Assembly (NCBI GenBank): GCA_016839745.1
Contig: JAEOTS010000026.1
Location: 1 to 48,773 of the forward strand
Length of the DNA stretch: 48,773 bases
Origin: Promethearchaeota archaeon
GTDB lineage: Archaea > Asgardarchaeota > Lokiarchaeia > Sigyniarchaeales > SOKP01
Reading direction: 5' to 3'
Part shown: positions 27,723 through 37,129 of the stretch, piece after piece
Layout of the letters: each line of letters begins with the position of its first letter
Numbering within the stretch: the stretch's first letter is position 1
Made by a program: the position numbers and the translations under genes
Notes under the pieces: model-generated
Database searches by the model: none
Told to the model about the DNA's origin: nothing
What the model saw: the letters and a program-made list of their open reading frames with translations, nothing else

Positions 27723-28541
27723 TTAGTTCTGCTTTTTGTAAAATCTAGTATATAGGAATATCGTGACAATCGTAGCCGCTCCAGTTGAAAAAAGAACATC
27801 AGAAGCATAATGAGCACCAACCGCAATCCGAGAGAATCCTACAAATAAACCCCAACCAATAACTAGGATAATAGTCATTATTCTCAATGGATCAGAATTT
27901 TTGCGATCTTTCACTGCTATTAACATAGGTAGGAACATCCAACCCATTGCTGTGTGCCCTGAGGGAAATGATTGGTCCTCTAAACTTAACCCTGGTGGTA
28001 AAAACCACGGAGTAAACTCTGTATAACCCGGATGGGTTAAATCTCTAAACCTAATTCTTCCACATAATATTTTAGTGATTTGAACAAATAAGAGGGGGTT
28101 AATGACTGCTAATAGTGCTATAATACCAGATATCCTTCTGTAATTCTTCCAGTCTTTTTTCCAAGTTATTATTATGTATATTGTCAATGATATAATTAAA
28201 CTCCAGCCAATGTTTGTATAACTTTCATCTCCTATTAATAAGATAAACAAAATTCCAACAATTATTCCCACATAAGCTGGTATTTTTTGTAGATTCAAAT
28301 TTGTGAAAAGACTTCCAAGTAGCGTTGCTAAAGCTAATGCGATTAGAGCATACCCAGGTATTTCACCATATTCAGCTCCAAAATTTCCCCAGAAATTTGG
28401 ATCCGCTACAGCGATTTCATCCACAACAGCTATTGAAATTGCTAAATCAGTAAAACCAAAAATTATCGCTAGAATCAACCAAGTGATAAGTGCAATGAAA
28501 GCTATTTTCTTAATTCCTGACCATGTTTTTATTTTAGACAT
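27723..28541 (-). CDS. PAP2-family membrane phosphatase
   Basis: KILCGRIRF, SFPSGH, SRIAVGAHYASDV; multiple TM helices. Confidence 0.9.
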   Translation of the reverse strand: MSKIKTWSGIKKIAFIALITWLILAIIFGFTDLAISIAVVDEIAVADPNFWGNFGAEYGEIPGYALIALALATLLGSLFTNLNLQKIPAYVGIIVGILFILLIGDESYTNIGWSLIISLTIYIIITWKKDWKNYRRISGIIALLAVINPLLFVQITKILCGRIRFRDLTHPGYTEFTPWFLPPGLSLEDQSFPSGHTAMGWMFLPMLIAVKDRKNSDPLRIMTIILVIGWGLFVGFSRIAVGAHYASDVLFSTGAATIVTIFLYTRFYKKQN

Positions 28542-28600
28542 CTTTTTCTAAACTGTATTTTTTTCATTTTAATTATTAATAATTTGTTTGTTAGAATTTA

Positions 28601-28616
28601 AAAAGACTTATATATA
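28601..28616 (+). promoter_or_regulatory. Putative archaeal BRE-TATA promoter
   Basis: AAAAGACTTATATATA about 37 nt upstream of the GTG at 28653. Confidence 0.5.
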
Positions 28617-28652
28617 AGACCAATAAATACACTGATTAATACCTTAAAATTT

Positions 28653-30317
28653 GTGGTGAGAAATATAAAAACTAAAATTACTACGCGTTCTATCTTATTA
28701 CTCATACCATTGGTATTCTTAGCTATCACAGCGTCACTATTTTATTTTAATCGCGTCCAAAGTTATCCTTTTTACGAGAGGGTGCAATTCAATTCAGCAG
28801 GATCGACTCTTTACGCAAACTTATATTACCCTTCTAAAGATTTAGATTTTCAGGATCAGCATCCTCTGGTAATATATGCGCACGGATCTGGATGGCAGAA
28901 AGATGTAGATATTAGAGTAGCTTTAGAGCTGACAAAACGGGGATTTTTTGTTGCTGGAATAGATTATCACCAACATGGAGAGAGTGGAGGTGGACTGTTG
29001 GACGTCGATCCTAATACTGGCGTTTTGGGAATTGCTCAGGATTGTTCGAAATTACTCGATGCGATTGAAATACTAGATGTCTATCCTAGAATTAACTCCT
29101 CTCAAATTGGATTAGTAGGGCACTCTTTAGGAGGTATGGTGGTTCTAATGAATGGCGCATTGGACGATCGATTCACGGCGACGATTTCTTGGGCTGGAGT
29201 GGTTAACGCTTCATTTATAGGTTGGGAATTGGATGCTTATAATCCCGCAAATCTGATAAACAATACTGCTCCACAAAATTTGCTCCTCATTCATGGTTAT
29301 GATGATCGAACGGTAAACTATGAAGCCCATGCGTTATTAGCCCAAAGCTTAACAGGATGTACTATTATTAATATTACAGATTCATTCTTTTCAGATCATT
29401 ATCTAATATCAGATACGGTATTAATCGAGACAATAAAATGGTACGAACTGGTGTTTTTTGGCTCTGAAAGCATAAATGGTCCTATAGAACTTATTTCGAT
29501 TCCACTACTCATCATCATGATTGTATTCCTGCTAATCGCTATGTGTCTAACAGTTCTTAGTATAATCATTTACTATTCGAAATACCTATTGAAAGAAAAA
29601 AGAGAGCCACTTACTGAAGCGATGGACAAGAAATCAAATAATAAAATAATTGCACTCAAATTCTCAATTGCCTTAATTTCTTATATTGCATTATGGGTAT
29701 TAACAATAACAATTTTTGGACTCTCCGCCATTTATATAGCTCCATTTATAATAATCGGTACCTACATCTTGTATAAATTAGTTATAGCATTGAAGGTTAA
29801 AAATGTAGAAATTAGTAAGGAATCTATTAAAAATGAAATAAAATTACAGTTTAATAGAGGAACTGTGGTTTATTCCGTTTTTGCGGGAGTCGTTTTTATG
29901 GGTTTTTACTATTTAATTGCTTTTACTATTCCTTGGACATTGCTGTATCCTCCAGATTTTGCCTCGTTTATTGGGTCATTCTTGATTTTTCCCTTGTACT
30001 TGTCGTCAGAGATTATCTACAGAAAGGTTCTTTTACCACATACTAAGTTCATCAAATCCCAGAAAAAGAGGACTTTGTTCTTGACTATTTTAATATTAAT
30101 TATCCATATGTACTTTGTATTCATGTCATTTTGGTATGATGGATACCCTGCAACAATGGCAGCATTTTTCGCTTATCTAATGGCTTCTGTGATGAATAGC
30201 ATCTTATATCACAAAACTAAGAGATTCAGTTCTGTAATAATTAATTCTGTGATCATCAATGGCATGTTTTTTGGATCTGCAGTTCCAGTTTTAATAGGAT
30301 TATTAGTTTTTCTATAA
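28653..30317 (+). CDS. Membrane-anchored alpha/beta hydrolase with C-terminal multi-TM domain
   Basis: N-terminal TM, HGSG oxyanion motif, GHSLGG nucleophile elbow, HGYDDRTV, DH; ~8 C-terminal TM helices. Confidence 0.85.
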   Translation: MVRNIKTKITTRSILLLIPLVFLAITASLFYFNRVQSYPFYERVQFNSAGSTLYANLYYPSKDLDFQDQHPLVIYAHGSGWQKDVDIRVALELTKRGFFVAGIDYHQHGESGGGLLDVDPNTGVLGIAQDCSKLLDAIEILDVYPRINSSQIGLVGHSLGGMVVLMNGALDDRFTATISWAGVVNASFIGWELDAYNPANLINNTAPQNLLLIHGYDDRTVNYEAHALLAQSLTGCTIINITDSFFSDHYLISDTVLIETIKWYELVFFGSESINGPIELISIPLLIIMIVFLLIAMCLTVLSIIIYYSKYLLKEKREPLTEAMDKKSNNKIIALKFSIALISYIALWVLTITIFGLSAIYIAPFIIIGTYILYKLVIALKVKNVEISKESIKNEIKLQFNRGTVVYSVFAGVVFMGFYYLIAFTIPWTLLYPPDFASFIGSFLIFPLYLSSEIIYRKVLLPHTKFIKSQKKRTLFLTILILIIHMYFVFMSFWYDGYPATMAAFFAYLMASVMNSILYHKTKRFSSVIINSVIINGMFFGSAVPVLIGLLVFL

Positions 30318-30468
30318 TCATAATTCTTTTTTTTTTCTTCTCTGAGTAGGATCATCCATTAACTTAAAAGTATTTTAAGGGGGAAGATCAAACAACACTT
30401 GCAATTGAAATAAAAATTTTTATAGAAATTTAAATTACTTATTTTACCTAAATTGTTAGTAAAAGTTG

Positions 30469-31296
30469 ATGGAAATGAGCGATACTCAAGATAATACCAT
30501 AGAGAAGAAATCATCTTCAAGTAAGATAAAAAACTATATCAAAAACCTATTTGATTTCTCTCAGTACAGCGTTAAGACGATGTTATACATTATTTTATTT
30601 GTTGTATTAGTTGTGCTTTCCTTATTCATACTATACTATAATTATTTTATCGATACAACATTCGTTTATACAATTGTTGCAGAATGGTTTGTTAATCCAA
30701 TTTATGCTCTACAATTTTTAGGAATATTCCTTTTTATTGGTATTATGGCGATACAAGGATTAATAGTCCCAATCCCATCCGAGGTAGTTCTCTTAGCTAC
30801 GGGGATGATCTGGGGGTGGTTATTTGGCGGTATTATGGGGATAATTGGTTCAATGGCTGCGAGTTTATTGTGTTTCTATATAAGTAGGAGAGGAGGAAGA
30901 CCTTTAGCAAAAAAGTTTGTTGGAGAAAGTGGACTTGCTATGGCAGATAAATTGATTAATAAATATGGAACTAAAGCAATAATAATATCGAGATTTATCC
31001 CCTTCATATCTTTTGATGTAATTTCATACGCATCTGGTTTAGTTGATATAGATGTTAAGAAATATTCCGTTGGTACATTAATAGGTTCAATTTTTCGAGC
31101 TTTCTTTTATTCCACTTGGGGTGCCTTGCTGGGATTCACACCCCCCATTGATACTACAGATGTTGAGTTAATTAAAGCTCAATCAGAAGTGTTTAATATA
31201 ATTTTATTAGTAGTTTTGGCAATTCTTGTTCTAATGTTTGTACTGTACTACCTGATAAGCAAGCATTACGCAAAAAAAATCGATAAAACTGAATAA
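30469..31296 (+). CDS. TVP38/TMEM64/DedA (VTT domain) membrane protein
   Basis: PIPSEVVLLATGMIWG, SRRGGR, SRFIPFISFDVISYASG. Confidence 0.9.
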   Translation: MEMSDTQDNTIEKKSSSSKIKNYIKNLFDFSQYSVKTMLYIILFVVLVVLSLFILYYNYFIDTTFVYTIVAEWFVNPIYALQFLGIFLFIGIMAIQGLIVPIPSEVVLLATGMIWGWLFGGIMGIIGSMAASLLCFYISRRGGRPLAKKFVGESGLAMADKLINKYGTKAIIISRFIPFISFDVISYASGLVDIDVKKYSVGTLIGSIFRAFFYSTWGALLGFTPPIDTTDVELIKAQSEVFNIILLVVLAILVLMFVLYYLISKHYAKKIDKTE

Positions 31297-31360
31297 GTCC
31301 ATTACATATATGATTGAGATATTATTCATTTTTTTAATTTTAGTTATTTGATTTTTGGGT

Positions 31361-31534
31361 ATGGATAATAATGAAAATTCAATAAAGAGAAAGGAACTAC
31401 TGAAAGAGGACCACACCTCCTTATCAAAATTATACAACGATCTTAATAAGGCGATAAATTCTAATAATGTTCAATCGATATGGGAACTTTCTAAAACCAT
31501 AACAAGATATCACTTCAGACACAGCGAAATTTAA
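31361..31534 (+). CDS. Small helical hypothetical protein (57 aa), not in ORF track
   Basis: ATG-TAA ORF MDNNENSIKRKELLKEDHTSLSKLYNDLNKAINSNNVQSIWELSKTITRYHFRHSEI, co-oriented with neighbours. Confidence 0.45.
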   Translation: MDNNENSIKRKELLKEDHTSLSKLYNDLNKAINSNNVQSIWELSKTITRYHFRHSEI

Positions 31535-31742
31535 TAAAATTCTTTGATAATATAAACTAAATCTTAACTATCTACAGTTTCTTATAACCTTTAATCTCTA
31601 TATTGTGGAACCTATAAAACATACAATAGAAAGTCTTCTTAAAGACTAATTCATTTTCTATTTGCAAAAATATATAAAGCTAAAACCTACTAGAGTGTTA
31701 GTTGAAATATATTTAATATTAAAAAAGGGGTTTTTTAATATA

Positions 31743-31997
31743 ATGATTTTAGCAGCGGGGGACTTTGAGAATATGTTGAGGGACGGTTTAATACAGAAAT
31801 TAAACTGGTTAGAAGAAGAATTCAGCTTTCTATTTAACTCAAAGAAGCGTAATTATTCTCAGAAAGATAGAGCTCTTGCCCAAGAGATTATTAAAGACAT
31901 CACCGAAAGTATTAAATGTTTTGAAGATGTCAGAATGAACGATTTATTTATCGATACTTTGAAATCAATGAAAAATTCTTATCCAGAATTATTTTAA
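31743..31997 (+). CDS. Small helical hypothetical protein
   Basis: ATG 31743 (MILAAGDFENMLRDGL...) preferred over TTG 31662. Confidence 0.6.
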   Translation: MILAAGDFENMLRDGLIQKLNWLEEEFSFLFNSKKRNYSQKDRALAQEIIKDITESIKCFEDVRMNDLFIDTLKSMKNSYPELF

Positions 31998-32119
31998 TTT
32001 TTAAAACTTTTTTTGGCAATAGAATTTATTATTGAATTTCCTTATTTTATTATATATTTAACAAATTTCTGAAAGATAAACCCTATTATATTATTATTGT
32101 TGTTTAAGGACCCACTATA

Positions 32120-33202
32120 ATGGAACGATTAATTATTGTACATTGGAATAAGAGTACAGGACCAATACCAATAATTCAATATCCTCCGGAAGGAAAATAT
32201 CCTTCAAAAGATGTATTTCTAAAAATATGGGCTCAACACGAATTAAACAAAGAGAACTCGTTAATAGAACTTAAATCAGTATTAGGAGAAAAAGATCGAA
32301 GTATTGTTTCTGTTATACAAGAGTATGAGAATGAAATTTATTTCCTCGTGCTAATAATCGCATCGAAAAGTAAATGGAATGAGATAATTTCTTCAGATAT
32401 ATTAGCGGTTATAACAAAAAACCTATTAGAGCTTATAAACACAAACAAAATAACTAGAGCCATCTCTGAAGCGTTTAATACGATAAAAAATTATAGTAAA
32501 TTTGACGGAGAAGATTTAATCACCTTTTTTCAAGAAAAGATAAAAGCTACAATTTTACAGATTCTTCGGAATGGAGTGATTTCTAAAACCGAGTTAAGCG
32601 AAATTCTCCGGCGAGAATACGGCTTCTCTACCGTTAATATAGATCTATTGTTAATCTCTTTTCTTCGAGAAAAATTAATTCTGAAAAAGTCACTTCCAGG
32701 GAGCAAAGAATGTTATTTCTTAATTAAAGATCTATCGTATATGCGAATACCTCCTGAAAAAATACCTGGTGAAGAAATAGATGAGAAAATAGCGAAAAAA
32801 TTCAAAAAAGAATTTATCAAATTTTATTCCAGTTATAATTGTAGCCAAGAAATTGAAAGTAAGGTAATTGTTAATTTCTTAAGTGATAATGATGTATATA
32901 AACTAATTAGAACTCTAAGGAAAAAGGAGTTAACTGTAAACGATTGTCTTAACTGTTTGAATAATAGAGAGGAACTATTTGAAGAATTACTGGAAAGAAA
33001 TATTATCTTTGAAGCAAAAGGGATCGTATATCTCCTTACTGATATTCGGTTTATTAAATATACTCCATACTACATAATCAAATCGCTACCCAATCGTTAT
33101 AAGAATCAAGAAATATCGTTAGATCAATACTTGTGTCATTTAGAACTGTTGATTAGTCAACTTAAAGATAAATCCTCCATCTTAAACTATACCATTATTT
33201 AA
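32120..33202 (+). CDS. Longin/uDENN-like domain plus tandem winged-helix protein (NPRL2-like architecture)
   Basis: N-terminus LIIVHWNKSTGPIPIIQYP; WH-like units ILQILRNGVISKTELSEIL...FLREKLI...YFLIKD and LIRTLRKKELTVNDC...LLERNII...YLLTD. Confidence 0.65.
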   Translation: MERLIIVHWNKSTGPIPIIQYPPEGKYPSKDVFLKIWAQHELNKENSLIELKSVLGEKDRSIVSVIQEYENEIYFLVLIIASKSKWNEIISSDILAVITKNLLELINTNKITRAISEAFNTIKNYSKFDGEDLITFFQEKIKATILQILRNGVISKTELSEILRREYGFSTVNIDLLLISFLREKLILKKSLPGSKECYFLIKDLSYMRIPPEKIPGEEIDEKIAKKFKKEFIKFYSSYNCSQEIESKVIVNFLSDNDVYKLIRTLRKKELTVNDCLNCLNNREELFEELLERNIIFEAKGIVYLLTDIRFIKYTPYYIIKSLPNRYKNQEISLDQYLCHLELLISQLKDKSSILNYTII

Positions 33203-33333
33203 CTCCTTAAGACGCGTTGATTAATATTAGAACTTCGCTTTTAATTTGGTCAGTTCTAAGACAATTTATAAATATCTAATATTATAATATAATTAAAACT
33301 AATTTTGCATTACAGAATACCTAGGAGATAATT

Positions 33334-34089
33334 TTGGCATTAGAATTAGTAGATTTCTTACAAGGTAGTTTTAGTTTAATTTTTGTTCTAATTTCAGTCT
33401 ATATCGGATTATCGATACTGCTTAAATATTTTAAGTATAAATCAAGGTTATATATTCTGGTTGGCATTTCATGGATAGGGGTTGCAAATCCGTGGTTTCC
33501 TGATTCAATCAGCTTCGTTATGAACATATTATTTCAGGAATCCCTTGCAATTGAGTGGTATTTTATTATTGGAAATGCATTTATCCCTTTCGCTTTATTA
33601 ACTTGGTTAATAGCCTATACAGATATGAGAAAAAAAAAAGGACAAAAATTAGTAATAATTTTAACCGTCGCTTTAAGTGTAATTTTTGAGATTGCATTCT
33701 TTATTTTGCTAAATACTGACATAAACCAAATAGGCTATATAAATCCATTACGCCCCTTTACTGTAGAATTTGGTTTGTTTATTACCATTTATTTATTATT
33801 GGTAATTCTGGTTATGGCTATAACGGGATTACTATTCGCTCAACAATCGGTAAAATCGGAAGACCGGGGTGTGAAATTAAAAGGTAAATTATTGCGTGCC
33901 GCTTTTATTACTTTTACTGTAGCCGCCATTTTAGATTCTTTACTTGGGACTATTTTTGAAGATCCTACAGACCCGTTATTAGCCGTCATGGTAGTTATAA
34001 CTCGAATATTGTTAATCATTAGTGCTATTGAATTTTATGGCGGATTTATTCTTCCTAAGTGGATGCACGCTATATTCTCTAAGAATTAA
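33334..34089 (+). CDS. Seven-TM membrane protein of unknown function
   Basis: Seven hydrophobic segments; TTG start preceded by AGGAGA. Confidence 0.7.
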   Translation: MALELVDFLQGSFSLIFVLISVYIGLSILLKYFKYKSRLYILVGISWIGVANPWFPDSISFVMNILFQESLAIEWYFIIGNAFIPFALLTWLIAYTDMRKKKGQKLVIILTVALSVIFEIAFFILLNTDINQIGYINPLRPFTVEFGLFITIYLLLVILVMAITGLLFAQQSVKSEDRGVKLKGKLLRAAFITFTVAAILDSLLGTIFEDPTDPLLAVMVVITRILLIISAIEFYGGFILPKWMHAIFSKN

Positions 34090-34174
34090 TCTTTTTTTTT
34101 ATTTTTAATATATTAATTCAAAAATCGATATATGAAAAATAATTCCAAGTTAATTTGAAACAATAATAAGCATA

Positions 34175-34867
34175 TTAAATATTTACAATGGAATTATCGA
34201 GTATATCTTCGTTTGACGGTGCTTTACCATCTCCGTAAATGTGATAGAGTACTGTTCTGCGAGCACACTCGTGAAAACTACGGTAAATCTCCTTTTCTTG
34301 CTCATATAGCGCACATGAGGTGTATATTAAAGGATTCCAAATGTATAATTTATTATCTGGTTCGTACCATAATTTTTCATCTTTTAATACGATCTTGAAA
34401 TCCTCCACAGCTATAACATCATCAAGATCTTGTTTATTTAACATGACAATCAAAGGAATTTCGTTGATTAATCGATTTCTTGCCATGTTCTTTAATTCTA
34501 ACAAAGATTCAACATTATCCTCTAGAAAGAAAGTTTGCGAATCTATAACTAAAATAACTGCGTCAGTTTGATCATCAGTCTTATCAAAAATCTTTCTTCT
34601 TAAAGGAGAGAATCCCTTTTGGCCCGCAACAGTATAAACGCGGTAATAAACTTTTTTTTGCTTGGTAGATTGAAAAAGACCACGATCGAAATATAATGTG
34701 GCACCGCTATCCTTTTCGATTATTTGTAGTTCACCAATCGGAATAATATCTTTTTTATTTTCCTTGGTTATTCTATATAAAGTTTTTAAAATGGTAGTTT
34801 TTCCAGAACCACCCATACCCCAATACACTATCTTCAAATAGACTTTCCCATCTTTATATAATACCAT
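34175..34867 (-). CDS. MglA-like small GTPase
   Basis: KIVYWGMGGSGKTT (G1), TLYFD (G2), YTVAGQ (G3), NKQD (G4), SCA (G5). Confidence 0.9.
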   Translation of the reverse strand: MVLYKDGKVYLKIVYWGMGGSGKTTILKTLYRITKENKKDIIPIGELQIIEKDSGATLYFDRGLFQSTKQKKVYYRVYTVAGQKGFSPLRRKIFDKTDDQTDAVILVIDSQTFFLEDNVESLLELKNMARNRLINEIPLIVMLNKQDLDDVIAVEDFKIVLKDEKLWYEPDNKLYIWNPLIYTSCALYEQEKEIYRSFHECARRTVLYHIYGDGKAPSNEDILDNSIVNI

Positions 34868-35165
34868 TCAAAAATACTCCAAAAAAAATATTCTATACTG
34901 TTGATTTTTGCTTATATGCGTTTTCTTATAATATTTACTAGTGTAATTCATAAATTAATTTTATTCTTAATAAATATTAGTTCTAATCACCTTTAATCAA
35001 AAAAATTTACTTCAAAAGGTAATGTTGAAGGCTCTTTGGAAAAATTAATTGTGGTATTCTAATTTATTTTTATAATCAATAAATCTTATAATCACTAATA
35101 ATTATAATCAATTAATCTCTCTAAGAAACTGAAATATCCAATTAAAAACAATTAACATTTAAAAA

Positions 35166-35699
35166 ATGGACGAACATACCGAACTAGATTGGAATTGGGA
35201 ATTTTACGAGGAACTCGTAGAAGATGTAGATGAAAATAAAAATATTATACAGTGTATTGCGTGTGGAAAGTGTGTTGGGGATTGTCCTGCAGCAAAAGTT
35301 TCTACTTTTAATAGCAGAAAAATAATCAAAAAGGTTCTTCGTGGAGATAAAAGCGTTTTAAAAGATTCAGATATTTGGCATTGCTACTTATGCGAACGAT
35401 GTAAGCGAGTATGTCCTAAAGAGAATATCAATATACCCATGCTTATTATAAATCTAAGGAACGAGTCTTTTAAAAGAGGTTATGGACCTCGTTATAATGA
35501 CTTAAGAAAATACGTTGAGATGTCAGAAAGATATCTAACGAGAGGGACAGTTTTAGAAGAACCGTTAGGAGAAGGTTTACCACAAGAACGAATCGACGAA
35601 TTAAACACTATATGCGACTTTGCACGTATAAAATATGTATTTAAAGCAAGTAAAGAGAAGCAGAAATCAAAAAGAAAGAAATCTGAAAGAAAATTATGA
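35166..35699 (+). CDS. hdrC: Heterodisulfide reductase subunit C-like 2x[4Fe-4S] protein
   Basis: CIACGKCVGDCP and IWHCYLCERCKRVCP; ATGA overlap with the hdrB-like gene. Confidence 0.8.
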   Translation: MDEHTELDWNWEFYEELVEDVDENKNIIQCIACGKCVGDCPAAKVSTFNSRKIIKKVLRGDKSVLKDSDIWHCYLCERCKRVCPKENINIPMLIINLRNESFKRGYGPRYNDLRKYVEMSERYLTRGTVLEEPLGEGLPQERIDELNTICDFARIKYVFKASKEKQKSKRKKSERKL

Positions 35700-36709
35700 A
35701 TTTCAATAGCTTGGCTTTAGATTTACATGAAATAGAAAAGGATTACCCAGAAAATCCTTTAGATTATTTCAAAGACAAAAAATTATGCTTATTCAAAGCA
35801 TGTTTAGAAAAGTATTTCCCCGGCGTGAGATGGGGATTTCAAGATCTATTAGAAGAACTTCAGTTAGAATCAATTACATGCCTTAATCAATCATGTTGCA
35901 GTGGAACTTTTTTCCAGAGAAATCTCATCACTCGAGCTCAATTTTCTGCGATTAATGAAAGAAACCTTAGCGAAATGAATCAACAGGCAGATATCGCTTT
36001 TTTTAGTTGTAATGGATGCTATAATTCCCTTCTTAGAGGAAGAGATTTTCTAAAAAACCCTGAAGTAAGAGTAAAAACTCAGGATATATTAAATTCAATT
36101 AGTAAAAAAGTTGATGGGGAAAGATACCCCGGAATATACAATATTTTAGAAAATCCTAAGCTAAAACTGGTTCACGATTTGGATTTTTTGTATCTTATAC
36201 GGAACGAAGTTCTTAACACTTTAAAGTTCGACTTAAGGAACCTTAAAGTTGCTGTTCATTATGGCTGTCATTACTTAAATCTTTCCAGAGATAAAAAAAC
36301 GCTAGATAGCTACTTAGGAAGTAAGACCAAGCTTGAGGAGCTTATCGAGCTTTTTGGAGGGAATGCTGTAGATTACCAGGAAAGAGAAAACTGTTGTGGA
36401 TGGGGTGCTAGTCAACTATTAATTAATCCTCGAGAAGCTCTTAAAATAACTTACAACAAATTAAAAAGTGCAGAAAATGTGGGAGCGGATTTTCTTTTGA
36501 TGCCTTGCCCAACTTGTCTCTATACCTTAAGTAAACCAGAATATAGAGATAATATCGAAAAATGGTTCGGCGAAAAGCTAGAGATTCCAACAATTCATCT
36601 GAACGAATTAATCGCTATTCTTAGAGGGTGTGAAGAAGAACGCTGTATTTCTTTAACTAGAAAAACTCCTCGCCTTGAGGAAATTTTTGAGATTATAACT
36701 CAACAGTAG
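35696..36709 (+). CDS. hdrB: Heterodisulfide reductase subunit B-like (two CCG domains)
   Basis: QSCCSG...CNGC and HYGCH...NCCGWG...CPTC. Confidence 0.85.
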   Translation: MNFNSLALDLHEIEKDYPENPLDYFKDKKLCLFKACLEKYFPGVRWGFQDLLEELQLESITCLNQSCCSGTFFQRNLITRAQFSAINERNLSEMNQQADIAFFSCNGCYNSLLRGRDFLKNPEVRVKTQDILNSISKKVDGERYPGIYNILENPKLKLVHDLDFLYLIRNEVLNTLKFDLRNLKVAVHYGCHYLNLSRDKKTLDSYLGSKTKLEELIELFGGNAVDYQERENCCGWGASQLLINPREALKITYNKLKSAENVGADFLLMPCPTCLYTLSKPEYRDNIEKWFGEKLEIPTIHLNELIAILRGCEEERCISLTRKTPRLEEIFEIITQQ

Positions 36710-36735
36710 TTAGAGAGAAAAAATAATAGCTTAAC

Positions 36736-37128
36736 TCACATTTCTTCAATTGCATACCGTGGACACGAATCTAAACATAACAAACATCCAATACACTTCT
36801 CATAGGAGAATTCTAATTTAAAATCGCCGTTGAAGTATAACGCTTCGGTAGGGCATAATGAAATGCAAGCTCCGCAATCTATACAGTTATCTAATACTAT
36901 CACACGCCCTTTCTTGTTAACAATTACATTATTTTCTTTCAATGATTCTGTTATCGTTTTGATTTTATCTTCAGGAACATCTAGCAATAAGTTTACTCCA
37001 TTTGATCCCGTCGAAAATTTTAGGATGTTGAATGTAATGTCATATTTTAAAATTTCATTAATAATCTTAGAATAGCTATTAATATCCCGAATGATGCCAA
37101 ATGGTAAAGTGCAATTTATTATAGTAAT
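36736..37128 (-). CDS. NIL-domain ferredoxin (partner of DUF39 homocysteine-synthesis protein)
   Basis: CIDCGACISLCP and CIGCLLCLDSCP. The frame extends upstream of TTG 36987 through YDITFNILKF (NIL signature) to ATT 37128. Confidence 0.85.
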   Translation of the reverse strand: MTIINCTLPFGIIRDINSYSKIINEILKYDITFNILKFSTGSNGVNLLLDVPEDKIKTITESLKENNVIVNKKGRVIVLDNCIDCGACISLCPTEALYFNGDFKLEFSYEKCIGCLLCLDSCPRYAIEEM

Positions 37129-37129
37129 T

